Program-made: the position numbers and the translations under genes
Notes under the pieces: generated by a model
The model's input: the letters and a program-made list of their open reading frames with translations, nothing else
Database searches by the model: none
Told to the model about the DNA's origin: nothing
Assembly (NCBI GenBank): GCA_007375675.1
Contig: VMEU01000004.1
Span: forward strand, 1-62,606
Source of the DNA: Parcubacteria group bacterium Greene0416_39
Lineage (GTDB): Bacteria; Patescibacteriota; Minisyncoccia; Minisyncoccales; UBA10102
Reading direction: 5' to 3'
Length of the DNA: 62,606 nt
Shown here: positions 36,608 through 45,800 of the stretch, in pieces
Numbering within the stretch: position 1 is the stretch's first letter
Layout: every line of letters begins with the position of its first letter

Positions 36608-37219
36608 ATGGAATTTGTATTTCTTCTATTCGTTCTCGTCATTTCCGTGGTGGTCCACGAGGTTTCCCATGGGGCGGTTGCCAATTCTTTGGGCGACCCT
36701 ACGGCAAAAAACGCAGGCCGTTTAACCTTAAACCCCATTGGCCACGTTGATCCTGTGGGCTCTCTTTTGCTTCCATTTCTTTTGATTCTTTCTGGCGGGC
36801 CTGTGATTGGCTGGGCAAAGCCGGTTCCAATAAATCCTTTTATGCTCAAGAATCAGACTTGGGCTCCAGCCTTAGTGAGCCTGGCAGGGCCTGGTTCTAA
36901 TCTTGCATTGGCGCTTGTGTTTGGGCTTCTTGTGCGTTTCCTTCCATTGGAAACTTTAAGTCCTCTTTTTTCTGGCGCCCTTGTTTCTGTTGTTCAGCTT
37001 AACTTATACCTTGCGCTGTTTAACCTTGTTCCCATTCCGCCGCTTGACGGCTCCCACCTTTTGTTTGCGTTTCTCCCAAAATCTCTTGAGCCCCTCAAAA
37101 TGTTTTTGGCGCGGTACGGATTTTTCATCCTTCTCTTTCTCGTGTTTCTCTTCCCGCCCTTCTTGTCATTTCTCTCGTTCCTCGTGAGGACTCTTCTTGT
37201 TGTTTTTGTTGGAGCCTAA
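36608..37219 (+). CDS. Site-2 protease family (peptidase M50) membrane metalloprotease
   Basis: HEVSHG (HExxH) in a TM helix, and [18 protein letters not shown] at 36602 is an alternative start. Confidence 0.8.
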   Translation: MEFVFLLFVLVISVVVHEVSHGAVANSLGDPTAKNAGRLTLNPIGHVDPVGSLLLPFLLILSGGPVIGWAKPVPINPFMLKNQTWAPALVSLAGPGSNLALALVFGLLVRFLPLETLSPLFSGALVSVVQLNLYLALFNLVPIPPLDGSHLLFAFLPKSLEPLKMFLARYGFFILLFLVFLFPPFLSFLSFLVRTLLVVFVGA

Positions 37220-37224
37220 CTTTA

Positions 37225-37253
37225 TTGACAATACCCTGCATCTTTGCTACATT
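37225..37253 (+). promoter_or_regulatory. Promoter TTGACA-17-TACATT, 7 nt upstream of rpsL ATG
   Basis: Hexamers at 37225-37230 and 37248-37253. The ATG is at 37261. Confidence 0.5.
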
Positions 37254-37260
37254 TTTCTGT

Positions 37261-37671
37261 ATGCCTACAATTCATCAACTTCTGAAAAAAAAGAGAAAGC
37301 CGCTTGCAAGCAAGAGCAACACTCCTGCTTTGACTTTTGGGTTTAACGTGAAAAAGAACCAGCCCGTTGAATACCCGTCTCCTTTTAAAAGGGGAGTGTG
37401 CATTAAGGTATTTACGACAACTCCAAAAAAGCCAAACTCTGCTTTAAGAAAGGTTGCAAGGGTGCGATTGTCCAACGGCATGGAGGTAACGGCATATATT
37501 CCAGGAGTAGGCCATAATCTTCAAGAGCACTCTGTGGTGATATTGAGAGGGGGAAGGGTGAAGGATTTGCCTGGCGTGAGATACCACATTGTTCGAGGCA
37601 TGCTTGACGCCTCGGGCGTTGAAGGGAGAAAACAAGGGAGATCGCAATACGGAACAAAAAAGCCCAAGTAA
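37261..37671 (+). CDS. rpsL: 30S ribosomal protein S12
   Basis: [13 protein letters not shown]..., [30 protein letters not shown]. Confidence 0.95.
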   Translation: MPTIHQLLKKKRKPLASKSNTPALTFGFNVKKNQPVEYPSPFKRGVCIKVFTTTPKKPNSALRKVARVRLSNGMEVTAYIPGVGHNLQEHSVVILRGGRVKDLPGVRYHIVRGMLDASGVEGRKQGRSQYGTKKPK

Positions 37672-37756
37672 AATGCAAATCCGCAAATGACTGCGAATGT
37701 ACAAATACGAGTATTCGCGGCATTCGCATAGATTTGTAGATTCGCATTATATTTTT
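37672..37756. repeat. Palindromic intergenic element, copy 2 (rpsL|rpsG)
   Basis: AAATGCAAATCCGCAAATGACTGCGAATGTACAAATACGAGTATTCGCGGCATTCGCATAGATTTGTAGATTCGCATTAT... It fills the whole spacer. Confidence 0.9.
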
Positions 37757-38224
37757 ATGCCAAAACTCAAATTCAAAAAGCATGTTCTTGCTCCAGATAC
37801 CGTGTATGGCAGCGTCATGGTAGCGCGGTTCATCAACAAAGTGATGCAAAAAGGCAAGAAAGCAACTGCAAGAAAAATCGTGTACGACGCGTTTGCATTG
37901 GTTCAAAAAGAATTGAAAAAAGAACCCATTGAAATATTTGAAAAAGCGATTGAAAACGTTGCTCCGCTTCTCGCCGTTAAATCAAAGAGAGTTGGAGGCG
38001 CAACCTACCAGGTTCCAGTGGAAGTGAAAGGAGACAGAAGGGTGGGATTAGCCATGCGCTGGATCTTAGAATCTTCCCGAAAAGGGAAAGGGAAGCCCAT
38101 GGCGCAAAAACTTGCCCAAGAGCTGCTGAATGCCTACAAGAACGAAGGGTCAGCAGTAAAGAAACGGGAAGAAACGCATCGCATGGCCGAAGCCAACCGT
38201 GCATTTGCACATTTCGCTTGGTAA
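37757..38224 (+). CDS. rpsG: 30S ribosomal protein S7
   Basis: Start at [21 protein letters not shown] and [12 protein letters not shown]-like C-terminus. Confidence 0.95.
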   Translation: MPKLKFKKHVLAPDTVYGSVMVARFINKVMQKGKKATARKIVYDAFALVQKELKKEPIEIFEKAIENVAPLLAVKSKRVGGATYQVPVEVKGDRRVGLAMRWILESSRKGKGKPMAQKLAQELLNAYKNEGSAVKKREETHRMAEANRAFAHFAW

Positions 38225-38230
38225 TACTGT

Positions 38231-40336
38231 ATGTCCCGCCTCTATCCCATAGAAAAATACCGAAATATTGGAATTATTGCCCACATCGATGCAGGGAAAA
38301 CCACAACCACCGAGCGCATTTTGTTTTACACGGGAGTTTCCCACAAGCTGGGAGACATTGACGAGGGAACTACCGTGATGGACTGGATGGCGCAAGAAAG
38401 AGAACGGGGGATCACCATTACTTCAGCAGCTATTACGTGTTTTTGGATTCGTACGAGAGACGTGGGCAACAAAGAAAAGGAACATCGCATTAATATTATT
38501 GATACTCCAGGCCACATTGACTTTACGGCCGAGGTTCAGCGATCTTTGCGAGTGTTAGACGGAGCAGTTGTGGTATTTGACGGAGTCGCGGGAGTAGAGC
38601 CCCAGTCTGAAACCGTGTGGCGCCAGGCAGATAAGTTTGGAGTTCCAAGGATATGCTTTATCAATAAGCTTGATAGAACCGGAGCTTCATTTGAAAAGGC
38701 TTTTCATTCTATTCAGAGTAAACTAACTCCCAACGCAGTAGCTCTTCAGTTTCCCATTGGCGAGGAAGATGCGTTTTCTTCCATTATTGATCTCTTGGCG
38801 ATGAAGGCTTACACCTTTGAAGGAGAACTGGGCTCTCAAGTAAAAGAAGCAGAGATTCCTGTCTCGATGCTTGCTAAAGCAAAGGAATGGAGGCAGAAAC
38901 TCGTGGAAAAAATTGCGGGAGAAGACCAGGGTTTGTTAGAAGCGTATATTGCGGGATCTGAGATTTCCACAGAAAAACTCCGGGCAGTGTTGAGAAAAGC
39001 TACCTTAAACAATACTCTTATTCCCGTGTTCACCGGTTCTTCTCTAAAAAATAAAGGAGTTCAGCTCGTGCTTGACGGCGTGTTGGATTATCTTCCAAGC
39101 CCCGCTGATTTGCCTTCAGTAAAAGGCATTGATGTAAAAACCTCCCAAGAGATTACCCGTTCTCCAAAAGACGAAGAGCATTTTTCAGCGCTCGCGTTTA
39201 AAATTGCGTCTGATCCTTATGTGGGAACTCTTACGTATTTTCGCGTGTATTCAGGTTCTCTGCAAAAAGGTTCGTATGTTTTAAACACAATAAGCGGAGA
39301 AACAGAGAGAATCAGCAGAATCTTTCGCATGCACGCCAACGACAGAGAAGAGGTGGACGATCTCTTTGCGGGAGACATTGCCGCAACCGTTGGTTTGAAA
39401 GATACGAGCACTGGGCATACCCTGTGCGATTCAGCTGCTCCCATAATCTTGGAACAGATTTCATTTCCAGACCCTGTTATTTCCATTCGCATTGAGCCAA
39501 AAACAAAGGCAGACCAGGAAAAGATGGGTCTTGCCTTGAAGCGTTTGTCTGATGAAGATCCGACATTCCATGTGAAAGGAAACCTTGAAACAGGCGATAC
39601 CCTGATAGCTGGCATGGGAGAGCTTCATCTCGAAATTATTGTTGACCGAATGAAACGGGAGTTTGGCGTCCAGGCAAACGTGGGAAGGCCCCAGGTTGCC
39701 TACAAGGAAACCATAAAGAAAGAAGCCACAGCCGAAGGGAAATACGTAAGGCAGTCAGGGGGTAAGGGGCAATACGGCCACGTGTTTTTGAAGGTACAAC
39801 CCAAGGCAAGAGGAGAAGGGTTTGAATTTGTAGACGAGATCAAGGGAGGCGCCATTCCCAAGGAGTTCATCTCTCCGGTGGAAAAAGGAATCAAAGAGGC
39901 AATGGACAAGGGGATCTTGGCAGGGTACCCTCTTGTGGATCTTCAAGCAACCTTGTTTGACGGTTCCTTTCACGAGGTTGACTCCTCTGAATTTGCTTTT
40001 AAGATTGCTGCTTCCATGGCCTTGCAAGATGCGGCAAAGAGGGCGGGTTTGGTGCTCTTGGAACCTGTGATGTCGCTTGAAGTTATGATCCCTGCTGATT
40101 TTTTGGGAGACGTGATTGGAGACATTTCTTCAAAACGAGGAAGGATTGAAGAAACAGAAGACAAGGTGAATTTAAAAATCATAAAGGCAAAAATTCCATT
40201 AGCTGAGATGTTTGGGTATGCAACCACTCTTCGCTCATTGACAGAAGGAAGAGGAACCTTTACTATGGAGTTTGACGCTTATGAGGAAGTTCCTGGCAAT
40301 GTTTCCCAGGAGATCATTGAAGGAAAAAGACGATGA
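38231..40336 (+). CDS. fusA: Elongation factor G
   Basis: NIGIIAHIDAGKTTTTERIL and DTPGHIDF. 701 aa. Confidence 0.97.
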   Translation: MSRLYPIEKYRNIGIIAHIDAGKTTTTERILFYTGVSHKLGDIDEGTTVMDWMAQERERGITITSAAITCFWIRTRDVGNKEKEHRINIIDTPGHIDFTAEVQRSLRVLDGAVVVFDGVAGVEPQSETVWRQADKFGVPRICFINKLDRTGASFEKAFHSIQSKLTPNAVALQFPIGEEDAFSSIIDLLAMKAYTFEGELGSQVKEAEIPVSMLAKAKEWRQKLVEKIAGEDQGLLEAYIAGSEISTEKLRAVLRKATLNNTLIPVFTGSSLKNKGVQLVLDGVLDYLPSPADLPSVKGIDVKTSQEITRSPKDEEHFSALAFKIASDPYVGTLTYFRVYSGSLQKGSYVLNTISGETERISRIFRMHANDREEVDDLFAGDIAATVGLKDTSTGHTLCDSAAPIILEQISFPDPVISIRIEPKTKADQEKMGLALKRLSDEDPTFHVKGNLETGDTLIAGMGELHLEIIVDRMKREFGVQANVGRPQVAYKETIKKEATAEGKYVRQSGGKGQYGHVFLKVQPKARGEGFEFVDEIKGGAIPKEFISPVEKGIKEAMDKGILAGYPLVDLQATLFDGSFHEVDSSEFAFKIAASMALQDAAKRAGLVLLEPVMSLEVMIPADFLGDVIGDISSKRGRIEETEDKVNLKIIKAKIPLAEMFGYATTLRSLTEGRGTFTMEFDAYEEVPGNVSQEIIEGKRR

Positions 40337-40497
40337 CTATCAAAGAACTAAAAACTTTACTTGACCAAGCAAGAGGGAAAATCATTGTGGTGGAAGACGA
40401 AAAACCCATCATGGTGATCACGCCATACGAGGAACAGAGCTTGTCTCCAATGCCTCAAGAAAAAGCGGGGTTGACACTTGATGATTTGCCGCTATAA
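40333..40497 (+). CDS. Small ORF (54 aa) between fusA and tuf, hypothetical
   Basis: ATGA overlap with the fusA stop. MTIKELKTLLDQARGKIIVVEDEKPIMVITPYEE... has a Phd/YefM-like flavour. Too short for the ORF track. Confidence 0.35.
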   Translation: MTIKELKTLLDQARGKIIVVEDEKPIMVITPYEEQSLSPMPQEKAGLTLDDLPL

Positions 40498-40498
40498 T
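40471..40498 (+). promoter_or_regulatory. Consensus promoter TTGACA-16-TATAAT upstream of tuf
   Basis: TTGACA at 40471-40476 and TATAAT at 40493-40498. It is embedded in the end of the 54-codon ORF. Confidence 0.55.
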
Positions 40499-40536
40499 AC
40501 AAATAACTAATAACAGATAACCAATAACAAAATACT

Positions 40537-41730
40537 ATGGCAGGAAAATTTGAGAGAACAAAACCTCACGTGAACGTTGGCACCATTGGCCATGTTGACC
40601 ACGGAAAAACAACCTTGACCGCCGCGATTCTTCACGTATTGCGGCTTAAGGGGTACAACGCATCAGAAAAGTCGGTTGACCAAATTGATTCAGCTCCAGA
40701 GGAAAAAGCGCGAGGCATCACCATTAATATCAGCCATTTGGAGTATGAAACCGAGAAGCGCCACTACGCGCACATTGACGCTCCAGGGCACGCAGACTAC
40801 ATTAAGAACATGATTACGGGAGCCGCCCAGATGGACGGCGCCATTCTTGTGGTTTCTGCTCCAGACGGCCCAATGCCCCAGACGAGAGAACACATTCTTT
40901 TGGCAAAACAGGTAGGATTGCCATCTATTGTCGTATTTTTGAATAAGTGCGACGCAGTTGATGATCCTGAAATCATTGACCTTGTGGAGTCTGAAGTGAG
41001 AGAACTTTTAAAGAAATACAACTTCCCAGGAGATACTGTTCCCGTGATTCGTGGATCCGCATTGAAAGCGTTGGAGGCAAAGTCTGCAGATGAGGAAGCG
41101 GCAAAGCCGATTGTTGAACTCATGAAAGCAGTGGATGAATATATTCCAGAGCCGCAAAGAGAAGTAGACAAACCCTTTTTGATGGCAGTGGAAGACGTGT
41201 TTTCTATTGAAGGGAGAGGAACAGTTGCAACAGGGAGAGTGGAACGAGGCGTAGTTAAGGCAAACGAGGAAGTGGAGCTCGTAGGATTGAGGCCTACCAC
41301 CAAAACCGTTGCAGTCTCTATGGAAATGTTTAACAAGACCCTAGACGAGGCAAGAGCAGGGGACAATGTTGGCATTCTATTGAGAGGTTCAAAGAAAGAA
41401 GACATTGAGAGAGGCCAGGTTTTGGCAAAGCCCGGAACGTCAACTCCCCACACTGAATTTGAGGCAGAAGTGTACGTTCTTGCCAAAGAAGAAGGAGGCC
41501 GCCACACTCCGTTCTTTACAGGATATAAGCCTCAGTTCTATTTCCGCACCACTGACGTGACAGGAGACGTTACCTTGCCCACAGGCACTGAAATGGTGAT
41601 GCCGGGAGACACCGTGAATGTAACGGTAAAGCTCATTCAGCCCATTGCAATGGAAGAAAAGCAGAGGTTCGCAATCCGCGAGGGAGGAAAAACCGTTGGA
41701 GCAGGCGTAGTTTCTAAAATAGCAGCGTAA
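40537..41730 (+). CDS. tuf: Elongation factor Tu
   Basis: [17 protein letters not shown] and DAPGHADY. 397 aa. Confidence 0.98.
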   Translation: MAGKFERTKPHVNVGTIGHVDHGKTTLTAAILHVLRLKGYNASEKSVDQIDSAPEEKARGITINISHLEYETEKRHYAHIDAPGHADYIKNMITGAAQMDGAILVVSAPDGPMPQTREHILLAKQVGLPSIVVFLNKCDAVDDPEIIDLVESEVRELLKKYNFPGDTVPVIRGSALKALEAKSADEEAAKPIVELMKAVDEYIPEPQREVDKPFLMAVEDVFSIEGRGTVATGRVERGVVKANEEVELVGLRPTTKTVAVSMEMFNKTLDEARAGDNVGILLRGSKKEDIERGQVLAKPGTSTPHTEFEAEVYVLAKEEGGRHTPFFTGYKPQFYFRTTDVTGDVTLPTGTEMVMPGDTVNVTVKLIQPIAMEEKQRFAIREGGKTVGAGVVSKIAA

Positions 41731-42077
41731 TGCCAAAGGCTAAGCACCAAGAAGAAACGCCAAAGGTAATGCCTCAACAAAAGGTGAGGATCCGTTTAGC
41801 TGCCTATGATCACAAGGTTATAGACGCCTCTGCAAAGCAGATCATTGACGCGGTGCTGCGCGAGGGATGCGAAATTATAGGGCCAGTGCCTCTTCCTACA
41901 GAAATCAGGAAGTACACGGTGAACCGTTCCTCGTTTATTCACAAGGATGCACGAGAGCAGTTTGAAAGCCGCGTCCACAAACGCCTCATTGACATTTTAA
42001 ACCCAACCCAGAAGGTCATTGAGTCCCTCTCAAGTCTCAACATGCCAGCTGGAGTTGATATTGAAATAAAGATGTAA
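41730..42077 (+). CDS. rpsJ: 30S ribosomal protein S10 (N-terminally extended)
   Basis: [21 protein letters not shown]...[21 protein letters not shown]. Confidence 0.93.
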   Translation: MPKAKHQEETPKVMPQQKVRIRLAAYDHKVIDASAKQIIDAVLREGCEIIGPVPLPTEIRKYTVNRSSFIHKDAREQFESRVHKRLIDILNPTQKVIESLSSLNMPAGVDIEIKM

Positions 42078-42103
42078 TCCTTAATCTAGTTAAGGAACCA
42101 AAG

Positions 42104-42127
42104 AATCGCCAACGGGGCGATTTTTTG
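42104..42127 (+). terminator. Intrinsic terminator after rpsJ
   Basis: AATCGCC-AACGG-GGCGATT followed by TTTTTTG. A second hairpin, TCCTTAA-TCTAG-TTAAGGA, lies at 42078-42096. Confidence 0.65.
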
Positions 42128-42195
42128 TTCTACCTTGACATTTTTTGATATTGAAGGTATATCTATCCTACGTATCCAGATATCAGGAGGGAGTG

Positions 42196-42960
42196 ATGAG
42201 CGCCATGTCGTCCAACAGTACTCCCTCATGGCCGCAGTTGAGGGAGTTATTTCACGAAATGCTTTCTCAATTGTTTGAGGAGGCGAAAGTTGCTCGCGAG
42301 TACGCAGTGTCATATCGGGACTTCAGGGTAGGATGTGCCGGGCTGGCATACAACACGGAAACCGGAAAATGGGAAATCTTTCGGGGAGCGAACCTTAAGG
42401 TGTCGCGGAATGGGCGTCCGGTATGCGCAGAGTCAATTGTGGTACAGGCTGCGCGCGCTAGGGGTTATAATCTCATCATCGGCTTGGGAATTGTGGCAGA
42501 GACGCAACGCGACGATGACAGCGGAGTGGTTCTCGATACCTTGACGCCCTGTGCGGAGTGCCGAGAGACCCTTCTTGCTATCCCAGCCATGAGTCTACGG
42601 TCCCTTATTGCCACGGCAACCCCTGACCTGAGCACCCAAGAAGTTCGCTCTTTTGGTGAGGTCCTCAAGATACACGGCTCGGACGGAAGGTCGTATCCCC
42701 AGACGGCTGATTCTCCCATGTTGGCTGGAGACTTGGATCGGCTCCGTGCAATAGCAAGGGTACGACTCGTTAATTTACTGGAAGTTGCCAATGATCTTCT
42801 CGGCGTGCTCTTGCGTGATTCCGAGACTGCAACGAAGGAAAAAATTGAGCAGTGTAGGAGAAACGCCGAGAAAGAGATCGCAATTGCCCGTGGACTGGGG
42901 ATTGGTAACGATCCAGTGGTGGAGAAGTTGATAAGACGGCTTCATCTCGTGAAGCCATAG
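42196..42960 (+). CDS. Cytidine-deaminase-like protein with ~110-aa C-terminal helical extension
   Basis: SD GGAGGGAG 3 nt before the ATG. YRDFRVGCAG, VCAES (C-A-E) and TPCAECRE (PCxxC) align with tetrameric Cdd motifs. GC is higher than in neighbouring genes. Confidence 0.7.
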   Translation: MSAMSSNSTPSWPQLRELFHEMLSQLFEEAKVAREYAVSYRDFRVGCAGLAYNTETGKWEIFRGANLKVSRNGRPVCAESIVVQAARARGYNLIIGLGIVAETQRDDDSGVVLDTLTPCAECRETLLAIPAMSLRSLIATATPDLSTQEVRSFGEVLKIHGSDGRSYPQTADSPMLAGDLDRLRAIARVRLVNLLEVANDLLGVLLRDSETATKEKIEQCRRNAEKEIAIARGLGIGNDPVVEKLIRRLHLVKP

Positions 42961-42976
42961 GGCGAAATCGTTCGTC

Positions 42977-43016
42977 AAAGAGGCGTCGTCTTGTATGCGG
43001 CGCCTCTTTTATTTGA
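42977..43016 (+). terminator. Intrinsic terminator after deaminase-like gene
   Basis: AAAGAGGCG-15 nt-CGCCTCTTT followed by TATTTG. Confidence 0.6.
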
Positions 43017-43142
43017 ACTGCTAATTACGTTTATATCTCGCTTCGTTTGCGATCGCTAACCAAGCGAGATAGTGCGTATACTATATGCGAGAATAAAGCG
43101 TTTGTTGAAATCGGAGATCAACAACCAGAAGTTAAAAATATA

Positions 43143-43170
43143 GTTAAAACTTACGATCGTAGCTTTTAAC
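43143..43170. promoter_or_regulatory. 28-nt near-palindrome GTTAAAAcTTACGATCGTAgCTTTTAAC upstream of rplC promoter
   Basis: Inverted arms around a TACGATCGTA centre, ending 18 nt before the -35 hexamer. Possible operator. Confidence 0.3.
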
Positions 43171-43187
43171 GATTTTGCCAATTGATG

Positions 43188-43216
43188 TTGACATTTGGTA
43201 TTGGGTCATATATACT
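43188..43216 (+). promoter_or_regulatory. Promoter TTGACA-17-TATACT for rplC operon
   Basis: Hexamers at 43188-43193 and 43211-43216. Confidence 0.55.
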
Positions 43217-43222
43217 CAACCC

Positions 43223-43309
43223 ATGAGGTTCGTCATTGGAGCGTGACGGAAAATAGGAAAGTACTGCCCATGAAATTGATGAGGGGAGTACCCTCGTTTT
43301 TGTTAGAAT
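43223..43309 (+). promoter_or_regulatory. Structured rplC leader with terminator-like hairpin (possible r-protein attenuator)
   Basis: GAGGG-GAGTA-CCCTC plus GTTTTTGTT lies at 43281-43304. GGGGAGTAC can pair instead with GTACTGCCC (43261-43269). Confidence 0.4.
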
Positions 43310-43912
43310 ATGAAAGCTTTGTTAGGGAAAAAAATTGGAATGACGCAGGTCTTTAATGAGAAAGGAGCTACGGTTCCTGTAACCTTGGTGGAAGCAGGAC
43401 CCTGCAAAATCCTTCAGGTGAAGACCAAAGAAAAAGACGGATATGAAGCCGTTCAGTTAGGGTTTGAGTTATTGCCGCAAAGAAAGGTAGGAAAATCCAT
43501 GCGAGGCAAGGAATTCCGATTTATCCGCGAGTTTCGATCAAAAAAGCAGGGAGAAGTTTTTCCTCAACAAGGCGAGAGTGTTGACGCCGCCATTTTTCAA
43601 GAAGGGGATTTAATTGAGATCTCAGGAATTTCCAAAGGAAAAGGGTTTGCTGGAGGCGTGAAGCGATACGGATTTCATGGGAGAAATGCAACCCGCGGCA
43701 CCAAGCATGAACAGCGAACTATAGGTTCGGTGGGTACCTCAAGGCCTGCTCACGTGAGAAAAGGAAAGCGCATGCCAGGGCACTTGGGAGTAGACAGGGT
43801 AACGGTGAAGAACCTCAAGATTGTGAAAATTGACGCTGAAAAAAATGTTGTGGCAATTGAAGGAGCAGTCCCAGGAAGAAGAGGAACATTACTTGAGATA
43901 CGAAGTATTTAG
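43310..43912 (+). CDS. rplC: 50S ribosomal protein L3
   Basis: MKALLGKKIGMTQVF and GKGFAGGVKRYGFHG. Confidence 0.95.
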   Translation: MKALLGKKIGMTQVFNEKGATVPVTLVEAGPCKILQVKTKEKDGYEAVQLGFELLPQRKVGKSMRGKEFRFIREFRSKKQGEVFPQQGESVDAAIFQEGDLIEISGISKGKGFAGGVKRYGFHGRNATRGTKHEQRTIGSVGTSRPAHVRKGKRMPGHLGVDRVTVKNLKIVKIDAEKNVVAIEGAVPGRRGTLLEIRSI

Positions 43913-43916
43913 TATC

Positions 43917-44552
43917 ATGAAAATTTCATTATACAATCGAGAGGGGATTCAAACTGAAGAACTGGAACTTCCTTCCAAAATATTCGACGTTCCTTGGAAT
44001 GCAGATCTCGTGCATCAGGTAGTGGTTTCTCAAATGGCAAATAAAAGAAGGGTGATTGCCCATACAAAAGGAAGAGGAGCAGTTTCAGGAGGAGGAAGAA
44101 AACCCTGGGCCCAAAAGGGTTTAGGACGTGCCCGCCAGGGTTCCATACGATCGCCCCAGTGGAGAAAAGGAGGCGTGGTGTTTGGTCCAAGGAATACGAG
44201 AGTATTTAAGAAAACAATTCCAGAAAAAATGAAGCGAAAAGCGTTGTTTTCTGCTCTTTCAGAAAAGGCAAGAGGCAAGGAGATGATTCTTTTGGAAGAT
44301 TTGCCCCAAGAGTATTCAAAGACAAAAATGTTTCATTCTCTCTTGAGGAAACTCTCTTTACAAGAGAAAACCCTTCTTGTTGCGTACCCCGAGAAGGCAA
44401 AGTTTTTAGCAAGAGCAGCAAGAAATATTCCTTGCACGCTACCAGTTCCTGTAAAAGGGCTCAACGTTCTTGATTTGCTTTCTACAAAGTTTTTTCTCAC
44501 CACAAAAACCGGACTCGAAGAACTGGAAAAAACATTTGGAACAAAACCCTAA
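43917..44552 (+). CDS. rplD: 50S ribosomal protein L4
   Basis: Start at MKISLYN. TKGRGAVSGGGRKPWAQKGLGRARQGSIRSPQWRKGG. Confidence 0.95.
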   Translation: MKISLYNREGIQTEELELPSKIFDVPWNADLVHQVVVSQMANKRRVIAHTKGRGAVSGGGRKPWAQKGLGRARQGSIRSPQWRKGGVVFGPRNTRVFKKTIPEKMKRKALFSALSEKARGKEMILLEDLPQEYSKTKMFHSLLRKLSLQEKTLLVAYPEKAKFLARAARNIPCTLPVPVKGLNVLDLLSTKFFLTTKTGLEELEKTFGTKP

Positions 44553-44554
44553 CC

Positions 44555-44932
44555 ATGCCTTTCTTTAACCCTTTCCAAAAGAACAAAAAAGTTGCCGAAG
44601 CTCGGCTTCAACCAAAAGAAGCCGAGCTTCCACGCGAGAAGAAGCTGGTGAAAGATCCGTCAGGAGTTATCTTAAGGCCCCATGTGAGTGAAAAAGCAAG
44701 CCAGTCTCAAGAGAACAATGAATACGTGTTTGAGGTATTATCTTCTGCCACCAAGCTTATCGTACGAGACGCTGTGAAACGTACGTACGGAGTGGACGCC
44801 TCAAAAGTGAGGATTATTAACGTGAAACCAAGAAAGGTGAGACTAGGAAGATTTCAGGGAACAAAGCCTGGATTCAAAAAGGCCATTATAAAGCTTAAAA
44901 TCGGCCAGAAAATAGATTCCTTATCCGTATAA
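44555..44932 (+). CDS. rplW: 50S ribosomal protein L23 (N-terminally extended)
   Basis: ILRPHVSEKAS...YVFEV...KVRIINV...KKAIIKL. Confidence 0.9.
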   Translation: MPFFNPFQKNKKVAEARLQPKEAELPREKKLVKDPSGVILRPHVSEKASQSQENNEYVFEVLSSATKLIVRDAVKRTYGVDASKVRIINVKPRKVRLGRFQGTKPGFKKAIIKLKIGQKIDSLSV

Positions 44933-44934
44933 GC

Positions 44935-45714
44935 ATGGAACGAATAATCACAAAACATAGGCCCGAAAAAAGATTGCTTATTTCCCTCGCAAAAACCGGA
45001 GGGAGAAACGCAACAGGCCGCATCACCATACGTCATCATGGGGGAGGTTCTCGCATGCTTTATCGTATGGTTGACTTTGGGCAAGAATATCTTGGAGTTG
45101 AAGGGAAAGTGCTTGGGATTGAATACGATCCAAATCGAAACGCATATCTTGCGCTCGTAGATTATGGAGAAAAAGGCAGAGGGTATCTTCTGGCGCCTCA
45201 AGGGGTACACGTTAAAGATACGGTGCTGTGCGCGGAAAAAACAGAGGCAAAAACCGGCAACAGAATGAAACTAGAAAACATTCCAGTAGGAACCATGGTG
45301 TACAATGTGGAGTTAGAACCAGGGAGAGGAGGAAAGATTGTGCGAGGAGCAGGAACATCAGCAAAGCTGATGACCGTTGAAGGCGCGCTTGCTTTGATGC
45401 AACTTCCTTCGGGGGAAGTGAGAAAGGTTTCTTCTCAATGCTTTGCTTCTATTGGAATGGTTTCTAATCCAGAATTTAAAGACAGGGTTATAGGCAAGGC
45501 GGGAAGCAATAGAAACAAAGGATGGCGTCCAAGCGTTCGAGGGACTGCGATGAATCCGGTTGATCATCCTCATGGGGGCGGAGAGGGGAAAACGCCAAGA
45601 GGCATGAAGCATCCCAAGACTCCCTGGGGCAAACCAGCATTGGGGGTGAAGACTAGAAACAAGAAAAAGTGGACAACAAAACTCATTATTTCCCGCCGAC
45701 CAAAGAAAAAGTAA
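44935..45714 (+). CDS. rplB: 50S ribosomal protein L2 (short N-terminus)
   Basis: GGRNATGRITIRHHGGG and MNPVDHPHGGGEGK. Confidence 0.95.
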   Translation: MERIITKHRPEKRLLISLAKTGGRNATGRITIRHHGGGSRMLYRMVDFGQEYLGVEGKVLGIEYDPNRNAYLALVDYGEKGRGYLLAPQGVHVKDTVLCAEKTEAKTGNRMKLENIPVGTMVYNVELEPGRGGKIVRGAGTSAKLMTVEGALALMQLPSGEVRKVSSQCFASIGMVSNPEFKDRVIGKAGSNRNKGWRPSVRGTAMNPVDHPHGGGEGKTPRGMKHPKTPWGKPALGVKTRNKKKWTTKLIISRRPKKK

Positions 45715-45800
45715 AATGCAAATCAACAAATGACTGCGAATGTACAAATACGAGTATTCGCGGCATTCGCATATTATTCGTAAATTCGCATTATATTTAT
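45715..45800. repeat. Palindromic intergenic element, copy 3 (rplB|rpsS)
   Basis: AATGCAAATCAACAAATGACTGCGAATGTACAAATACGAGTATTCGCGGCATTCGCATATTATTCGTAAATTCGCATTAT... Confidence 0.9.

Noticed and set aside
36261-36725. Track ORFs 36256-36537(-), 36332-36541(+), 36346-36600(+) and 36354-36725(+) around rpmB.
   Set aside because: They overlap rpmB or its upstream palindrome in other frames. Only the L28 frame has recognisable homology.
37412-37906. ORFs that run through the palindromic intergenic elements: 37412-37906(-), 37444-37704(-), 45358-45813(-), 47809-48045(-), 47167-47475(-), 21392-21646(-), and the N-terminal extensions of track ORFs 37697, 45669 and 37225. They share peptides such as [22 protein letters not shown].
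   Set aside because: The shared peptides only reflect repeated DNA. The ORFs overlap real ribosomal-protein genes on the opposite strand or extend upstream of the conserved N-termini.
43052-43059. GCGATCGC (HIP1-like octamer) inside the hairpin ATCTCGCTT...AAGCGAGAT downstream of the deaminase cassette.
   Set aside because: There is a single occurrence in the window, so no evidence for a HIP1-type over-represented palindrome. It is noted only as part of the local hairpin.
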